Shown here in pieces: positions 1 through 13,615 of a DNA stretch of 64,000 bases. Every line of letters begins with the position of its first letter. The first letter of the stretch is position 1. The translations under genes and the position numbers were made by a program. Source of the stretch: Octopus vulgaris (Eukaryota); assembly GCA_951406725.2 (NCBI GenBank), contig OX597824.1:46438001-46502000 (forward strand), given 5' to 3'. Below the pieces are notes generated by a model that saw nothing but the letters and a program-made list of their open reading frames with translations, made no database searches and was not told where the DNA came from.

Positions 1-199
1 CTTTAGGCAAGAAAAATTGATTACTCTCCAAGCTTACCAGAAAAATCATGATGAAATTGATCATGGACACAAATGACATTTTCATAAATATCTAACCATA
101 GCTCAAGATTGAGTGCTTATAAGAGATTGGAATAAAGTTCAAATGGAAGCTTAAAATTTTCTTTCAAAGTGTCAGAGACAGTTCTGGCTGAAATTCTAC

Positions 200-1260
200 C
201 TGTTCGGCATCAAGTGTTACTCTTCTTTTAGCAATGACATTCTCAACCCTCTTCCTGATTGCACCCCAAGCTTTCTTAAGGAATTCCTCATTAATGTATT
301 CCTCCTACGTCATACAGATGGAGTTTTTGAAGGTTTGCAGATTATTGTGGGGTTTCTCACAAGCTTTTCTGACCAGTTCATTCCAGTTGCTGAATTCTAA
401 AGAGTTCAAATCAGGTGATGAAGGAGGCCAGATGTCCTTATCTCCAAACCTGTACCTAAACTTTTCCCTGAGAAATTTTTGAGCCACTGCACTTGTGTGA
501 TAAGGTGCCCCATCTTGCTGGAATGTAAACTTGAAGTTCTTAGTGATCTCGTTGGGGTTTCCCTCATTTCTTACCTTAGGATATTCAGAAAGAATCCAGG
601 TCTTTACATCTTTCAAAACCTGAACATAACAAATTTGTCAATTTCTCAGCCATCTCAAAGATGATCAATGGCATCTTCTTGCCATTACAAGCCACACAAG
701 CAAAAATCATCACCTTGGCAAGGTTTTTGCACTTGAAAATGACATTTTTGGCTCTCTCATGAGGAGGTGAAACCAGAATGTAGTTCTTGCATCTATTTGT
801 GTGCTTATCTTGGGTGAAATTCTTCTCATCTGTGTAAGAGATCACTCCAGGATTATGTTTCACTTGGTTCAAGATGATCTTCACCCCCTTCAACCTTCTA
901 ACCTTTGGTCCTGGAGTAACAAGGTGCCTCACAAGTCTCAGTATGATTTCATTTTCAAGTCTTTTGTCACTACTCTTGGAACTTTCATAACCAAAACTCC
1001 TCTCTTATGTGCCAAACCTCTTATGGATTCAGATGGATCTCTTCTGATCGATCTCTTCAGCTCCAGATTGAAATGATAATTCCTCTTGCAGTTATGACTT
1101 CCTGATCCAGTTTTCCTTTCTATTATTTCCTCTTTCTTAAACTTATTCCAAGTTCTCTTGATGGTTCTTGAATGGATTTTGAAGATAGGAGCCAGAGAAT
1201 GAATGTTGGTACCTTTACTGAAGGCCAAGATGATCTTACCCCTCTCAACATTGCTTATTT
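200..1260 (-). mobile_element. Degraded Tc1/mariner-superfamily transposase (maT/DD37D-like), frameshifted, in ABCD4 intron
   Basis: ORFs 938-1228 (HTH region), 585-932 (YTDEKNF) and 305-616 (FQQDGAPYH...WPPSSPDLN). TIRs not identified; boundaries approximate. Confidence 0.85.
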
Positions 1261-1776
1261 GGGAAGACCTGGTGAGGCTGGTACCAAACGATTTCAGCCT
1301 GTTCTCTTTCTAACTAAATATTTCAATGGGTATTTCACTGATTCTTACAAAAACTGGTGTTAATATGGTCAAATGCCTGCAGTCAAAGCACATTGTGTGG
1401 CATATTTATTTGTAGTTAATGCTTGTTGTGTAGCTGTTAGCATGTTTGTTAGAGAACGTTGTAGACAGAGCCTATTGCATTTACTTTATTGTTGATCTTG
1501 AATGGATTGCTTAAAAGTTGAATATAATTCATTAACGTTTTTAGAAGCAGTTTTTGTTTTTGATATTTGCCAGATAGGCATCTAGTGTTTGTGACAAGAC
1601 CCTGGAAATATTGCTGCTGCAACATTAATAGATGAGATTGATTGAAAAACATTGAAATGAGCCAGTCCCTAGGGTTAGAATTCATGGGACTTGTTCATTA
1701 ACAAAATACACTTTGGCAAATGCTGTCTGGTTATATGAATGAATAATTTCTGTAAATATTATCACTTTATTTTCAG

Positions 1777-1904
1777 ATTTATAAATGACTGTTCTTTTCG
1801 TAGATCTTCCCTTCTAGAAGATTCCTTCAGTTGCTCAAATGTTGCTTTCAAAGTACAGAATGTTTCATACAGCATACCTAGATCTAATGTGATGCTTTGT
1901 AAAA
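1777..1904 (+). CDS. ABCD4: ABCD4 coding exon (start of nucleotide-binding domain)
   Basis: tttcag acceptor, gtaagt donor; encodes ...VAFKVQNVSYSIPRSNVMLCK; ends in phase 1, matching the next exon. Confidence 0.8.
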
Positions 1905-2014
1905 GTAAGTTCCCATTCTGAGATGTTGATTCAACTGTTTTTTCTTTTTTTTAATTGTAAGAAGATGTTTTTTCTTTTTTTTAATTGTAAGAAGATGTTT
2001 TTTCTTTTTTTTAA

Positions 2015-2325
2015 TGGTAAGAAGCTTGCTTTCCAACCACATGGTTCCAGGTTCAGTCCCACCAAACCTTTGTGAGTGGATTTGGTAGATGAAAACTGTG
2101 TGTGTGTGTCTTTGTGTCTGTGTTTGTCCCCCTACTATCTCTTGTCAACTGATGTTGGTGTGTTCATGTAACAATAACTTAGCAGTTTGGCAAAAGAGAC
2201 TGCTAGAATAAGTATTAGACTTACAAAGAAGGAGCCCTGGGGTTAATTTTTTCAACAAAAAATGCTTTAAGGTGGTGCTCCAGCATGGCCACAGTCAAAT
2301 GACTGAAACAAGTAAAAGAATAAAT
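2015..2325 (+). mobile_element. tRNA-derived SINE copy, internally deleted
   Basis: Head ggtaagaagcttgctttccaaccacatggttccaggttcagtccc, central (TG)n, tail gactgaaacaagtaaaagaataa; homologous to other copies in the window. Confidence 0.75.
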
Positions 2326-4416
2326 AGACTAAATTCTGGTAGTAACAGGTACAATGGGTTATAAAAAGGATTAGATGACACAATAGGGAGCCTCACTTGG
2401 CTGGCTAGAAACTGTGACCAGATCTCCCTCAAATCATGCCCAACTGTTGTAGAAAAGGAAGAACACATTGAATACTCTGAGTAAAAAGACAGGGTGTGCA
2501 CCTTTAAACATAGGTCTGCTTGTTTGGTACCAACATGAAGCGAAACATCAGTAACTAAACCAGATATTTTAAATCATCAAGATCAATAAATCATTGTGTA
2601 AGAACCTGAGAAGAGTTGATGTTGCTTTTCATTCCTCTATAGTAGGGAAAGTCAATAAAGATATATATACCAGTGATACTCTGGTGTTACTTCAGTTGTC
2701 TATGCACACTATATTGCTTAGTTGATAGTAATCATTTAGCTTATTATACTGAATTCTTTAATATTGTGTATTAAATATCTAGCATTGAAAGATTTCTTGG
2801 AAGTAGACATTTTGCTGTTGGTATATGGATTAATATGTCTTTGCAGGTATTGTTGTAACCTTGCTCTTAATCCTACTTGCCTCAGTATAACTGTTAGTCT
2901 ATCTATCTTGGTAGACTAACAGCCTTACCTGCAAGAGAATCCTCCTCTATTCAGATACCATTTAGATTGGAATAAGAATCCTTTCTTTATGAGCTGATAT
3001 GACTCAAAGAAAAAAATGTGTGGTGGCTTTGTATTACAACAATACATATTTCAATGACACAAACCAAGAATTCTTTTCCATTGTGGCTATATTGCCACTA
3101 AGGAAGTCAAGGACACCATTTTTTCTTTCAATAAATCTCAGCAGACTTAGCACTTTTGCAAACACAACATACATCAGGCTTTTGACAACATGATTACATT
3201 TCTTTCCTGTACTTCCATTCCATGCTGCACTGCACATTAATCTTTTCTTGGATGGTTCATTATCATATTGGTTTTTCTTTGAGAAGATGTTTCTAGATTC
3301 TTACTTAACTTTCCACCATTTCTGGAAAGACAGAAGCTGTGAGAGGTCCCCCTTTCTCACCTTCTCTCAGCACAGTGTATCTGACATGTCTTTGCATTGA
3401 CACTGCTTGGGCTACTAGCAAGCCATTTGTATCGTATCACAAAAACAATCTCAGTACATGACTGGTAATTCATTTATTTACCCCTTCTCCCCACCAAAAA
3501 GAAAAAAAAATGAAGAGAAAAGTTGGTCTAGGCAAGATTTGAACTTAGACTGCAGAGAGTTGGAACCAAATGTTGCAAAGTAATCTATCTGACTCTTATT
3601 ATTCTGCGAATTCATTAATGTAATATATATAAATGTGTGTGTGTGTGTGTATGTATGTGCGTATTTATGTATGTATATATATCATCTTCGTCATCAATGT
3701 GATGCTTACATTCAAATAAAATATATTGCCCAGAGATGCAGCACGGATTTTTGTCAGTGAACAGGTCGCGGATTTTAGCGACAAAAATATTTTGACAAAT
3801 TAAACTTAAATGTTGAAGTGAATCGAACGGCTTTTGTGTGTTTCTTAAATGGCTTACAAGCAACTTCCATGCTGCAATTGTTTTCGTTCCAGCACACGAT
3901 CTCAGATCAAATCACTTGCTATGCGAGTACATCTCCCTATATTGCCCAGAGTTATTAAAATAATATAACATACTAATTATATAATAATATCATCATTGTC
4001 ATCGTCATCATCATTTGATGTCCATGTTCCATGCTGGCATGAGTTGGATGGTTTGACAGGATCCAATGGACCTAAGGACTGCATTGTGCTCCAGTGTCTG
4101 CTTTGGTATGGTTTCTATGGCTGGATGTCCTTCCTAATGCCATTCATTTTGCAGTATTTGTTGGGTGCTTTTGTCATGGTACCAGCTCTAGTGAGGCCAC
4201 CAACACCAGGAGAAAGAGGAGTAGAGAAGGATAAGGTATGGAAGAAATGGGCCAGGGCAGAATGGGTTTCTTACTGTCAAAAAGCTACATGACTCCTTAC
4301 ATTTTAGAAGTGAGTGTAGGATTGCTAATTATAAGATAATAGAGTATACTAATTATAATCAATTAGTGATTAAACAAAAATGTTCTTTTATTTTCTCTTT
4401 CTTGTTTCTTTGAAAG

Positions 4417-4527
4417 ATTTGACCTTTCAACTTCAAATTGGAACAAATGTATTATTAACTGGTGAAAGTGGATGTGGTAAAAGCTCCTTGTTACGAGTAA
4501 TCAGTGGCTTGTGGCCACATGCATCAG
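4417..4527 (+). CDS. ABCD4: ABCD4 coding exon (Walker A)
   Basis: Polypyrimidine tract + aag acceptor, gtatgg donor; LTFQLQIGTNVLLTGESGCGKSSLLRVISGLWPHAS. Confidence 0.95.
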
Positions 4528-4864
4528 GTATGGTTTTATTTTCCATTTACTTTGCAATTATATTTGTATATTTTATGGATTTTTTGTTTTTTTTCTGCCC
4601 TTAACTCAAACCCTTTGTGTTGCATTCACTTTAGGCAAAATTGTTTATTATTTTGATAGCTTTGGTCAAATGGATAACAAATAGAACAACAAATCAAAAA
4701 GACAGGGTCAGTTGCTTCCACATTACATGATCAAAGTCCAAGTATTCTGAGGGCATCTGACCTTTAAGTATACTCAAAAAAGCATAAAATATACACGTGT
4801 GTGTGTGTGTGTTTATGCTTTCATAATTGAGAAGGTGACTTACCAAATACAAATAGTACATATA

Positions 4865-5089
4865 CAGGTATTCCCCTCTTTACAACTAACTTGCGTTACA
4901 GGATTTCTCACATATACTGTAAAAGATGATCATTAATTTCGGGACATAACCTGTAATTTAACCTTTTACTTGGATAAATTTAATAATTTAAATACCACAC
5001 TTTCTTCTTAGCCAAAAGTTACTTCTGGGCATTTTAGCAGAGATCAAAGTATAAATAACTATATATATATATGTGTGTCTGTCTGCTAA

Positions 5090-5123
<34 letters not shown>

Positions 5124-8100
5124 TATATATATATATGTATGTATATATATATTTATGTACGTATGTATATATATGTAAGTATATATATATCTCAATATTC
5201 ATCATCACCACTGTCTCTCACCAACACAATCACTATCAACGCGAAAAACAATATGATGACTGCCATTTCCAACCCATGAACTTTTGAATATTAACTGGCA
5301 GCTATAATAACAGTATTAACATGATAGCAATGTCTTTAGCTACATATGTTGTATGTCAGCAAAGTGGTGTGTATATGTGTGCTAGTGTCTCCTTACCTTG
5401 ACATTACTTGGTAGTTGTAAGCAAATGTTGCCATCATTCAAGAGGTGTCCATTTCCAATCTCTTGGGAAAACATATCTGGTCATAAGAAAACTCACCTAT
5501 TTCCTTACTTGGAAACAGGTGAAGGTTGGTGACAAGAAGGGCATTGAGCCATAGAAAACCTGCTGCAACAAAGTCTGACTGATCCATGCAAGCGTGGAAA
5601 AAGTGATTTTCAAATTGATGATAATAATGGTGATTGGCAAAACACTAAAGCTTGCAACATCTACAGTGGGAAAAATATATGACAATCAAGAGAAAATTAG
5701 CTCAAGATGCTACTCCATGAACTCCTTTGACCTCAAAGGTTATGTGTGATGCTTAAAATGGAATAGCTGTTGGATGTATGGATTGAAGATCTGACTTGAC
5801 AGTGGTAAATCAAAATCAAGATAAAAGTTTGTTTGATGATTTGCTGAAAAAGGAAGTTGAAGCATCTATCGAAAAACCTTTTCAGACAAGTTAATGCTGA
5901 TTTGAAAGGATTAAGAAGTGCTTGAATTTTTACACCATAAAAAGTGACTGATGAAGATGCTGATTCAGAAGCTGCTTCAGATCATCCTAAACAGCTAAAG
6001 AAAACAATTGCTGAAGGTTTCTACACACCAGAGTAAATATATAATAGTGAAGCTGCACTTTTCTGGAAGTGCATGTCTACTAGAATTTTTATTTTTTGAG
6101 AAGAAAGATTAACACTAATGACCTAAAGTTTCCAAAAATCGTCTGACACATCTTTTGGGTGGAAATGCTCTTGATGATATGAAATTAAAACCCCTATCCA
6201 AGGGCTTTCAAGTGTTATGCAGAATTTAATCTACTTCTGATTTGGCATTCAGATAAGAAGGCATAGAATCTTTTTGAAGATTAGCTTGCAAACAATTTTT
6301 GTCTTGCTATAGAAAGGTACAGAGCCCGACATATTTCCAAAGAAGCATTGCTCCTTTCAGACAATGCACCAAATGAGCTTTTTCATAGTGTAAGAGAAAA
6401 TATATTCCCAAGAATACACATTCTTTGCTCTAGCCCAGTGGTTCCCAAACTTTTATTACTCACAGTGCACCTTACAAGAAGTCAAAATATTTTGGTGCAC
6501 TTTGTACATAAGTTCTAAAATTTATTCAATAGGTTTTTTTTATACATATTAGCATAGCATAAACTATAATGTAATATATAGATAATTAAAATGCAGAAAA
6601 GTTGCATGTACCTACTCATTATTCGATATATGAAGCAGAGTTATCAATGACAAACATGCACTTGATGTTTTTTGGAAACGTTTTCAATATTGGAATGTAT
6701 TTGAGAAAGACAAACCCTCGTTTCTTCTTCGCTACAACAGAGCCTATCTCTTTTTTGAGGTATGATGTTATTGAAGGTTAAAAATCCCAACTCACATAAA
6801 TACGATGTGAAAAACCGCATTAAAACAGATAAAGCTTTTTCTGCTACTGAGAGGTATTCACCTATGATAGCAATCCAAAATGTATCAATAGGTAACTCAG
6901 CATACTTGATTTGAAGTCCGAGATCACTGGTTATAGATTCCAATTCCACTTCTTCACATATTTTCAGACCAATATTAGATGGGATTTTTATGAAGGGATT
7001 TCAAACCCACTCATACTCTTCTGTATTCAGTGCCAGAAAATAAAAGTTTATTTTTACTTCCAGATTTGTCAAATGTTCAAATACAATAGTAGTCATTTCT
7101 TTTATGCAGCTTTTCTGTATTAAGGGAAACATTTTGAAGTTACTACATTCAGCTCTATTTTTCCAATTTATGACTTCCTTTTTAAATGAAACCAGCTTAT
7201 CTGTCGAAGTGAGAATGTTTGCATCTCTACTTTGCATACTTGTGTTGATGCTATTAAGTTGTGCAAATATCTCTGTTAAATATTCCAGCTTGGAAACCCA
7301 AAATTCACATTGTAGATATTCCAAGAAGCATTTATGTTTTTCTTCTTTAAAAATTGCATGCAATTTCTTCTGGAGTTCATGTATATGACATAGCACCTTA
7401 CCTTTTGAGAGCCATCTGACTTTTGTGTGTAAAAGCAAGCGCTTGTGCTGGGAATCTATATCAACACAAATTTGTTCAACTAAGCAACACTTCAATGGCC
7501 TACTTTTAATATAATTGACAATTTCAACAACTTGGTTTAATACTTACTTTAAACCAACTGGTATTATTTTTGAAATATGTAGGAAGCAATGAGTACATAT
7601 AGCATTAGGATTTTGCTGTTGTACAGGAGATACAAAATCTTTAATAGAGCCTATCATAGATGGTGCCCCATTGGTACATCTTCCAACACATGAATTCCAG
7701 GATACATTCCATTTTTCAAGGTAGGCAGATAAAATGTCAAAAATATCTTGACCTTTTGTAGTGAGTGACATTTCTTTGCAACAAAACTGATTTATGATTT
7801 GGTTACCATCAATAAAGTGAATAAATGTAACTAATGTTACTTTGTTGCTAATGTCAGTTGATTCATCAACTTGTAAAACGAGTTCTGAAGTTTGTTGTGT
7901 ACATTTTCCTCTATATCAGCAGATACATAAATCCATAATTCTCCTATGGATTGTATTATTCAAGAGCGGAATCTTACTTATTTCTTGCTCAGCTTCATCA
8001 CCTAACATCTTTCTAAAAGCAGGTAAGATAATCGACTCAGTTAAAGTATGTGCTTTCATTCATGGTGCAATCGTTTTGGCTATCTCAATAGACACAACTT

Positions 8101-10111
8101 GAGCCTTTTCAGAAGCATTCATCCTTCTTTCAAAATAGTTTCATTGTTTAGATTGCTGTTCTAGCAGTCTTTGGAAATAATTCAGATCTTTACATTGAAG
8201 ATGTGAGTGTTTAGTTGTAAAATGTCTTTTCAACTTGCTGGTCAACATGCCTTCGTTAGACATCTTTTCACCACAAACAAAACCCAGCTGAAGAAGTTGA
8301 TCCTTGTTGCCAGTTCAATGAAATCTGAACTTTAAATATCTATTGCAATATTTATGATTGGGTTGAGTTTTCACATAATTATCATTATGCTTAGTTGCTT
8401 TTGACGAGAGTTCACTTTCAGATTCATAATCATTACAGTTATGTTTCCTCTCAATAAACTTTTCCATTTTATGGGTAATTTAGTCTGTTAATATGAATTG
8501 TATTGCACAAAGAGCACAAATTACTAACATATGTGCGTCACATATTATCAGATTCTTTTAAGAAGTCTTTCAAAATTTATTGAAAAGATGAAAATTCTTG
8601 CCACTATATGAATGAAAAAAAATTGAAATACAGCTGCAATATGGGAGGACATATTAAAAGATTTAGTTCAACATTTGTATGTTTTAGTTCAATAATTTAT
8701 TTTTCCCACTTATTATTGAAATGAAAACTGCTGAGGCTACAACCGAAATAAACTGAAACATAGTCATGCACTAAATGTGTCCATAAGACATCAATTTCAA
8801 GGATAGATTGATGCTAATTTAGTTCTTATCCTTATGAAAATTGAATAACACTATCAATGTCATACCATAATTGAATGACACAACAACATCTCATTCTTAG
8901 TTTAGAACTTAGTATTTAGTTTTTTGCCACTTTGACATTTATATATGAACTTTATAGTGAATTTCAGTTTGTATTTTTCATATTTTGAAATATAATCTTA
9001 CTTTTTCGAGGCACACCTTATTACATCTTGCGGTGCACCAGTGCGCCGCAGCACACGGTTTGGGAACCACTGCTCTAGTCAATGGATGAAGGTGTGACAG
9101 CTAACTTCAAGGTATATTATCTCAGAAGAACTTTCAAACAACTTACGAAGGCATTTCATAGGAAGATAAACCAACAGTTAGAGACTTCTGGAAAAAATTC
9201 AACATAATCATTGCTGTGGATAACATAACTGAGTCAACAGATGAAGTGATGCCCTCAACTTTGAATGGTGCTTGAAAAAATATGTGACTTGGCTATATCT
9301 GTGAAATTACAAGCTTTCCACAAGTATAAAGTCTACAATAGCTTTGGAGAGATATTGTAATGCTTGTAAATGATGTAAGATTTGAAGAAGTTTTAGAGGA
9401 CGACGTGTTACTAGTGTCCCATAGAAAAAGTTTAGCTATTGAGGAGTTGATGGTATTTATACAACAAGAAGCTGGGAATACAAATGAAAATATGGAAATT
9501 CCACCAAGTTCACTTAAATTGACTACAAAGAATATTGCTAAAAGTTTGGCATTTGTAGAAGGTCTGCGAGTTTTTTGCTGATAATAACCCTAATTGTGAA
9601 TGTAATGTAAAAAGTTCAAAGTGAGTTTACAATGAGTTCAGTTCCCACACTGTGATGAATTAAGTGATGATGTGCCATAAACATCAAACAATTTTGGATA
9701 ATTTCTTCATCCCTCAAATAGATGTTGATGATAAATTATAAGATAGAAGATAGTGTCTATTATCCTCTTAGTAAATATCATTCCTCAACTGCTTCTCACA
9801 CAATGGTCAACATCTTTAGTAATAAGAATGCACCTTTTTATGGTGTTATGATTCTTATTTATTCACTAACTTATTTCTCTTCAAATTTTTTTATGTATAA
9901 TTGTTGTACTATCTATTTGTTTGGAAATTGTTATTTGCATGCATAAAAGTAGTTATGTTGTCTTTTTTGTTGTTATTTTTTCAGAAAAATTCCACCGAAT
10001 TACATCTCATTTTGTAACATGAAAGTCAATAGGAAATAGATTTTATAGTATGAGATTTCGTATTACAAGATTTTTAGGAATGCATTACACTTATATTGTG
10101 AGGGATTCTTG
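4865..10111 (+). mobile_element. Degraded pogo/Tigger (CENP-B-like DDE) transposon, interrupted by a hAT element
   Basis: TA|caggtattcccctc left end and degenerate gagggattcttg right end. Remnant motifs at 5630-6430 (LFWK, RLT-LLGGNA, KLKP, DNAP) resume at 9080 (MDEGVTANFKVYYLRRTF). Confidence 0.75.
6436..9072 (-). mobile_element. hAT transposon, Buster/Charlie type, full length but inactivated
   Basis: Perfect 15-bp TIR CAGTGGTTCCCAAAC; 8-bp TSD ctctagcc/ctctagtc with central TA; broken transposase at ~6644-8467 with QVDEST, LLLHTKVRWLSKG and TSYLCELGF motifs. Confidence 0.95.
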
Positions 10112-10112
10112 T

Positions 10113-10177
<65 letters not shown>

Positions 10178-12416
10178 CAACATCAACGTCATCATTTAAT
10201 GTCCATTTTGTATGTTGGCATGGGTTATATATGTGTATATCTATACATATATATATATGTATATATGCTTACACAACTGAGAAGCACATAGGTCAACTTA
10301 GCAAAGACAAATTTAATCAGCAGGCATGTAAGCAAAACTCTACTGAGATGGTCATATGCAATATCTGAAAAGAGACTAGGTAGGAATTATGGATCCACAA
10401 AAGATATGGTGGGATCCCAGGCAGGTTGATAAAGAAGATTGATTTCATATGTAACTGATACAAAAAGAGAAGTTAGAAGTAATAGTATCCTTGTAGCAAT
10501 AATAATACTAAAGGAATGAAGGTTTTGATCTGCCTACAATTTTTGTGAGAATTAATTGATAGCTTTTGTTACCAAGGTGACCTAATCATCATTACAGGAT
10601 GTTATGCTAAATGCATAGCTGTTAGATTTAGGACAAAGTAGTAAAAATTCAAGACACTATGATTTCTGTTACCAACAAAAGATTTAATGATTGTATATCA
10701 CTTGCATGGTAGTGTGATGTGGACATCGAATGTAATGTCTGGGGACTGGAAAGAAGTGAAATCAGCACACTCTGCTGAATGTGTAATGTTAGTGTGATAT
10801 GAATAGCGAACTTAGCAGTAAGCTGAGAGAAAAAATGGGCATCAGAGGAATGAGCTTAAGCATGCAAAAGAGAAAGACATCTGACACACAGTTTGTTAAA
10901 CATTCACTTCTGGCTAGCCCACAGTGTTAGAAGTGTTGGACACTCAACACTGATATTTTTTCCTTCATGATTGTTCCCTGTCTATGGCAAAACTGGTTCA
11001 CTATTGCTGTTGCTAAAAGATGGATATCTCTTCCCCTCAGTCACTTCTGCTAATCTTTGCTTAGAAGGTTTCACACTTATATGAAATAAACAATATTAAG
11101 ATAAACAAATAAAAAAAAAGGGAGCTATGAGACTAATTCTTGTATTTATTTTGGGTAATTGGTTCAGAACATTGTTGTTGCATTGATTGAGCAGATCTAG
11201 GACTAATGACGTTCCAACTATGACCATTCCATTTTTAAGGGGTGTGAAGGACTATATTATTTTGTGTCTTTTTTTTTTTTTCAAGAAGGAAGTGTTTGAT
11301 TTTTAAAATGTGGTTGCTATTTCTTGCAGGCAAAGCAACCATATAAAATCTCTATTGTTAGTTCTCAGGAGATTATTGGTGGCTGTAGTGAGAGAGTGTA
11401 GCAAACAGCCAATGATTGAGTGTCGGTGATTAGTGCCCTTTCATAACAACAGCCATTTTAGCCTCAGTTGTGACACTTATCTTCTAATGTGTAAATTCAC
11501 CTAGCAAAGTGAACAGTTTACTGCAATAGGATGGACAGTGGTGTATCCACAGTGCAAAATGTAAGCAGTGACAACATTAAATATTTCATGTAGAACTGAA
11601 GAATGCAATGAAATCCTTTGCATTCAGTGTATACATCTCACTTCTATGCAATGTCATACTCTGTACACAGGCATCATATAATCTCATCTTTACTTTGAGA
11701 AAGAAACCTTTTGTTACAGCAGAGATAATAGCTCCTAGCTTGCTTTTATATGTTGACTACTATCCATTTAAAGCACCCATTTCCAATGCTAATTAGTTCA
11801 TCTAGATATCAGAAGCTTTCAATTAGTTATTGGGCGCTGTGAAAACCTGAATGAATCTAGTATTTACTGCTTCTAAATATCTACCTCATATAATCTACCT
11901 TCATTGTTAGCTTTCCTGAGATCCCTCTACACATCTTGTGTGACTATAGTTTACACTGGGTACAACAAATGTAACTCTACTTAACTTCTTTTCTGCATAT
12001 CAAATGCAGACGTTTTCCTGTTGGAGTAGGGGCTTATCTTCTTTCTGCATTGTCTTTGATAAGTTTACTTTGTTGCCTGTTGATTCTAGATTTCGCTACC
12101 ACATCTAGAATTTCTTCTGATTCTACTGCAGATTTTCCTGTAAGAACTATCCCTCCTTGAAGACCAGGTCTTCAGTAGTGCCTAAAAGAATCAACAATAT
12201 TATAAAACCAACAACCACTACAAGAACAACACCACTTGAGATGTGCTGTTGTGAGGTTGGCCAATTTACTTTTCATATTTTAGTCTATGTGATAAATAAC
12301 ATGTTATAAAATTGTATCGGGAACAAATTTAACTCATGCTTTGTGATTGCATAATTACTCAAATAAATCAAGTTGTTAAAAGTCTTTATACTCTTAACTG
12401 CTTTTCATTGTTTCAG

Positions 12417-12508
12417 GAACTATCAGTTGTCCCCATTTCCTTGGTTCTGATGGAATTATGTTCTTGCCACAAAAACCATATCTTACCAATGGGAGTTTAT
12501 TACAACAA
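12417..12508 (+). CDS. ABCD4: ABCD4 coding exon (Q-loop)
   Basis: tttcag acceptor, gtgagt donor; TISCPHFLGSDGIMFLPQKPYLTNGSLLQQ. Confidence 0.95.
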
Positions 12509-13578
12509 GTGAGTTTTTGCATGGCAATGATTCTTGATTGTCAAAGCATCTTGTTGCATTTGTTTTCCTGCTTGAAAATAATTTTTGAAAATTTCTTTGG
12601 AATAATTTGGTTATTTATTTTTTTCATTACTTTCTATGTTCTTTACATGTTTATTCTCCTAATATCTTATTTCTCTACATATATCATTTTCAAGATACCT
12701 CTAGCTGAACATATTGAAATTCATTTGTCTGTCTTAGAATATTACATTGTTCTAGAGAAACAGATACAACACATTGCTTTCCATAAGATTTGGGGCCATG
12801 AGTTTTTATGGCTAAACATCTGTCTTATCAACTTCTGTGATGGAAATAGGCCAAATATTTTTTTTTACCAACCATATCAATAGGAGAAGAGTTTAATTCC
12901 TTGATTATCAGCTTCCTCCAATCCATGTAGATTTGCTGAGAACAAAATGGTCTGTTTGTGATTATTGTGTATGTTAGTACTTTTGCTGCCATATTTTTGT
13001 CATTTACTATCTTTATTTCAATTAATTTTGAAAATAAAGAAGAATTCTGTAAAATGACTTTGTCATTATTGAGCTGATGTTTGGAACATAAATTAACACA
13101 AAATTTGAATGGATGGTTTTAATTTAGATAGTTTCAAGGCATGACTCTGTTTATCATAGAAACATTAAACACTCTGTTTCATTTTACACCACGAGGGTGT
13201 GTGTCTATTAAGCATGGAAATTTATTTTTGTATTCTGAAGATTTTAATTTTTCATGCTGTGTTGGTATATCAGTAACATAGACAAAAAGTGGAAGTTTTG
13301 CTGCAGTCAAAGTAATTTAGTGGATTTATAGTACAGAACATCAATTTATGTAAAAAAAAAAAAAAGGTCTAAGCTGTACAAGAGGAGACACATGGGATAT
13401 TTTGACAAAGACACTAAGATACTAATAATAATAATAAAGCTGAAGTGAAGACCAAATATATAGTGTGTGTTTAATTGGCAAGATATGACCATCCCCAAGT
13501 ATAACAATAACATCAATTTAATTATACTAATTACCTTATTTTAATGTCATTTACAACAGAGTTATGCTTCAATTGCAG

Positions 13579-13615
13579 ATTATTTACCCTGAATATGAAA
13601 ACACTTTTATATATG
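13579..13615 (+). CDS. ABCD4: ABCD4 37-bp coding exon
   Basis: ttgcag acceptor, gtttgt donor; IIYPEYENTFIY supplies the conserved (V/I)IYP and the phase 0 to phase 1 join needed between its neighbours. Confidence 0.85.

Noticed and set aside
12509-12883. Hydrophobic extension of ORF 12458-12883
   Set aside because: Intron read-through past the gtgagt donor at 12509.
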